Below are positions 63,456 to 64,000 of a DNA stretch of 64,000 nt, piece after piece. The notes beneath the pieces were generated by a model. It did not search any database. It saw nothing but the letters and a program-made list of their open reading frames with translations, and was not told the origin of the DNA. Position numbers and translations under genes: made by a program. Each line of letters starts with the position of its first letter. Positions within the stretch are counted from its first letter, which is position 1. Source of the stretch: Oikopleura dioica (taxonomy: Eukaryota; Animalia; Chordata); the NCBI GenBank assembly GCA_907165135.1, contig OU015567.1, positions 13,144,001 to 13,208,000 on the forward strand. The letters run 5' to 3'.

Positions 63456-64000
63456 TATGTTGTGTTATTTCTCTTTTTTGTTGTTGTTGAAAAGCTTCTT
63501 CTTTTCGTTAATCTCTTTCTCTTCGTTGATTTCAAAAAATCAAATAAAAAAAATCGACTGTTGTGTTATTTACAAGTGGCTCTGTCTATTACAAGAGTAC
63601 CATGTATCAGAAGATAGGACTTCAATCGACCAAAAACTCCAGCGCCCACTCCTCGATCGTGAAAACGCAAGCGCGCGCCGCCTCACCGTCGCCACCTATC
63701 GCAAACTTACGAACCCAGCGCCATGGAGCAGCGAAATCCGCTACTCCTTCGCCGCGAATCGTCAATCGGGCAGGAGTTAACGGTCAAAATTCAATGTCAA
63801 TAATAAGCTAATAGTCAGTAACTTCGAACTTTACCCGAATATTTTCCTGAAGCTAGCGTTTTTTTTAATTACTGATGAAATGCTATCATACTGTATGTTT
63901 TCTGATACCAAGTTCATTGTAGACTACAATTTGTAGTCCCTTAGTCTGATTTTTTTCTATCGATTTATCAAAGAAAGGGTCTAATTTTGTGCTTGGTTCC

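Noticed and set aside
63563-63811. GC-rich plus-strand exon near the window end
   Set aside because: Probably coding, but frame and gene identity cannot be fixed.

Overview
Gene-dense AT-rich animal genomic DNA with very short introns (about 35-90 nt) and several GA-AG introns; this best fits the appendicularian tunicate Oikopleura (inference). Genes in order: 3' end of a membrane protein; ornithine decarboxylase antizyme; par-3 (PARD3) with a nested antisense Cys-rich/spherulin-4 (GH135-like) gene in one intron; Gal-3-O-sulfotransferase; Cys-loop receptor subunit; cytochrome P450; perlecan-like proteoglycan with an inserted VWA domain; small chitin-binding (CBM14) protein; aminergic GPCR; secreted helical protein; kelch-repeat protein; SLC35F transporter; LDLa/TSP1 protein; coiled-coil RING protein; astacin metalloprotease. 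The standout is a 7112-bp Mutator-like element (51495-58606) with a perfect 9-bp TSD and palindromic foldback TIRs, inserted into the astacin Met-turn exon. It carries a multi-exon MULE transposase with intact catalytic motifs, host-gene fragments (EB1/MAPRE and ACSL) inside an inferred transposase intron, and a second bZIP-like gene, i.e. a Pack-MULE-like element in an animal. Three other non-autonomous DNA-transposon families are present (TA, 8-bp and TTAA target duplications). Exon boundaries were read by eye and protein family calls come from motif recognition, not database searches.
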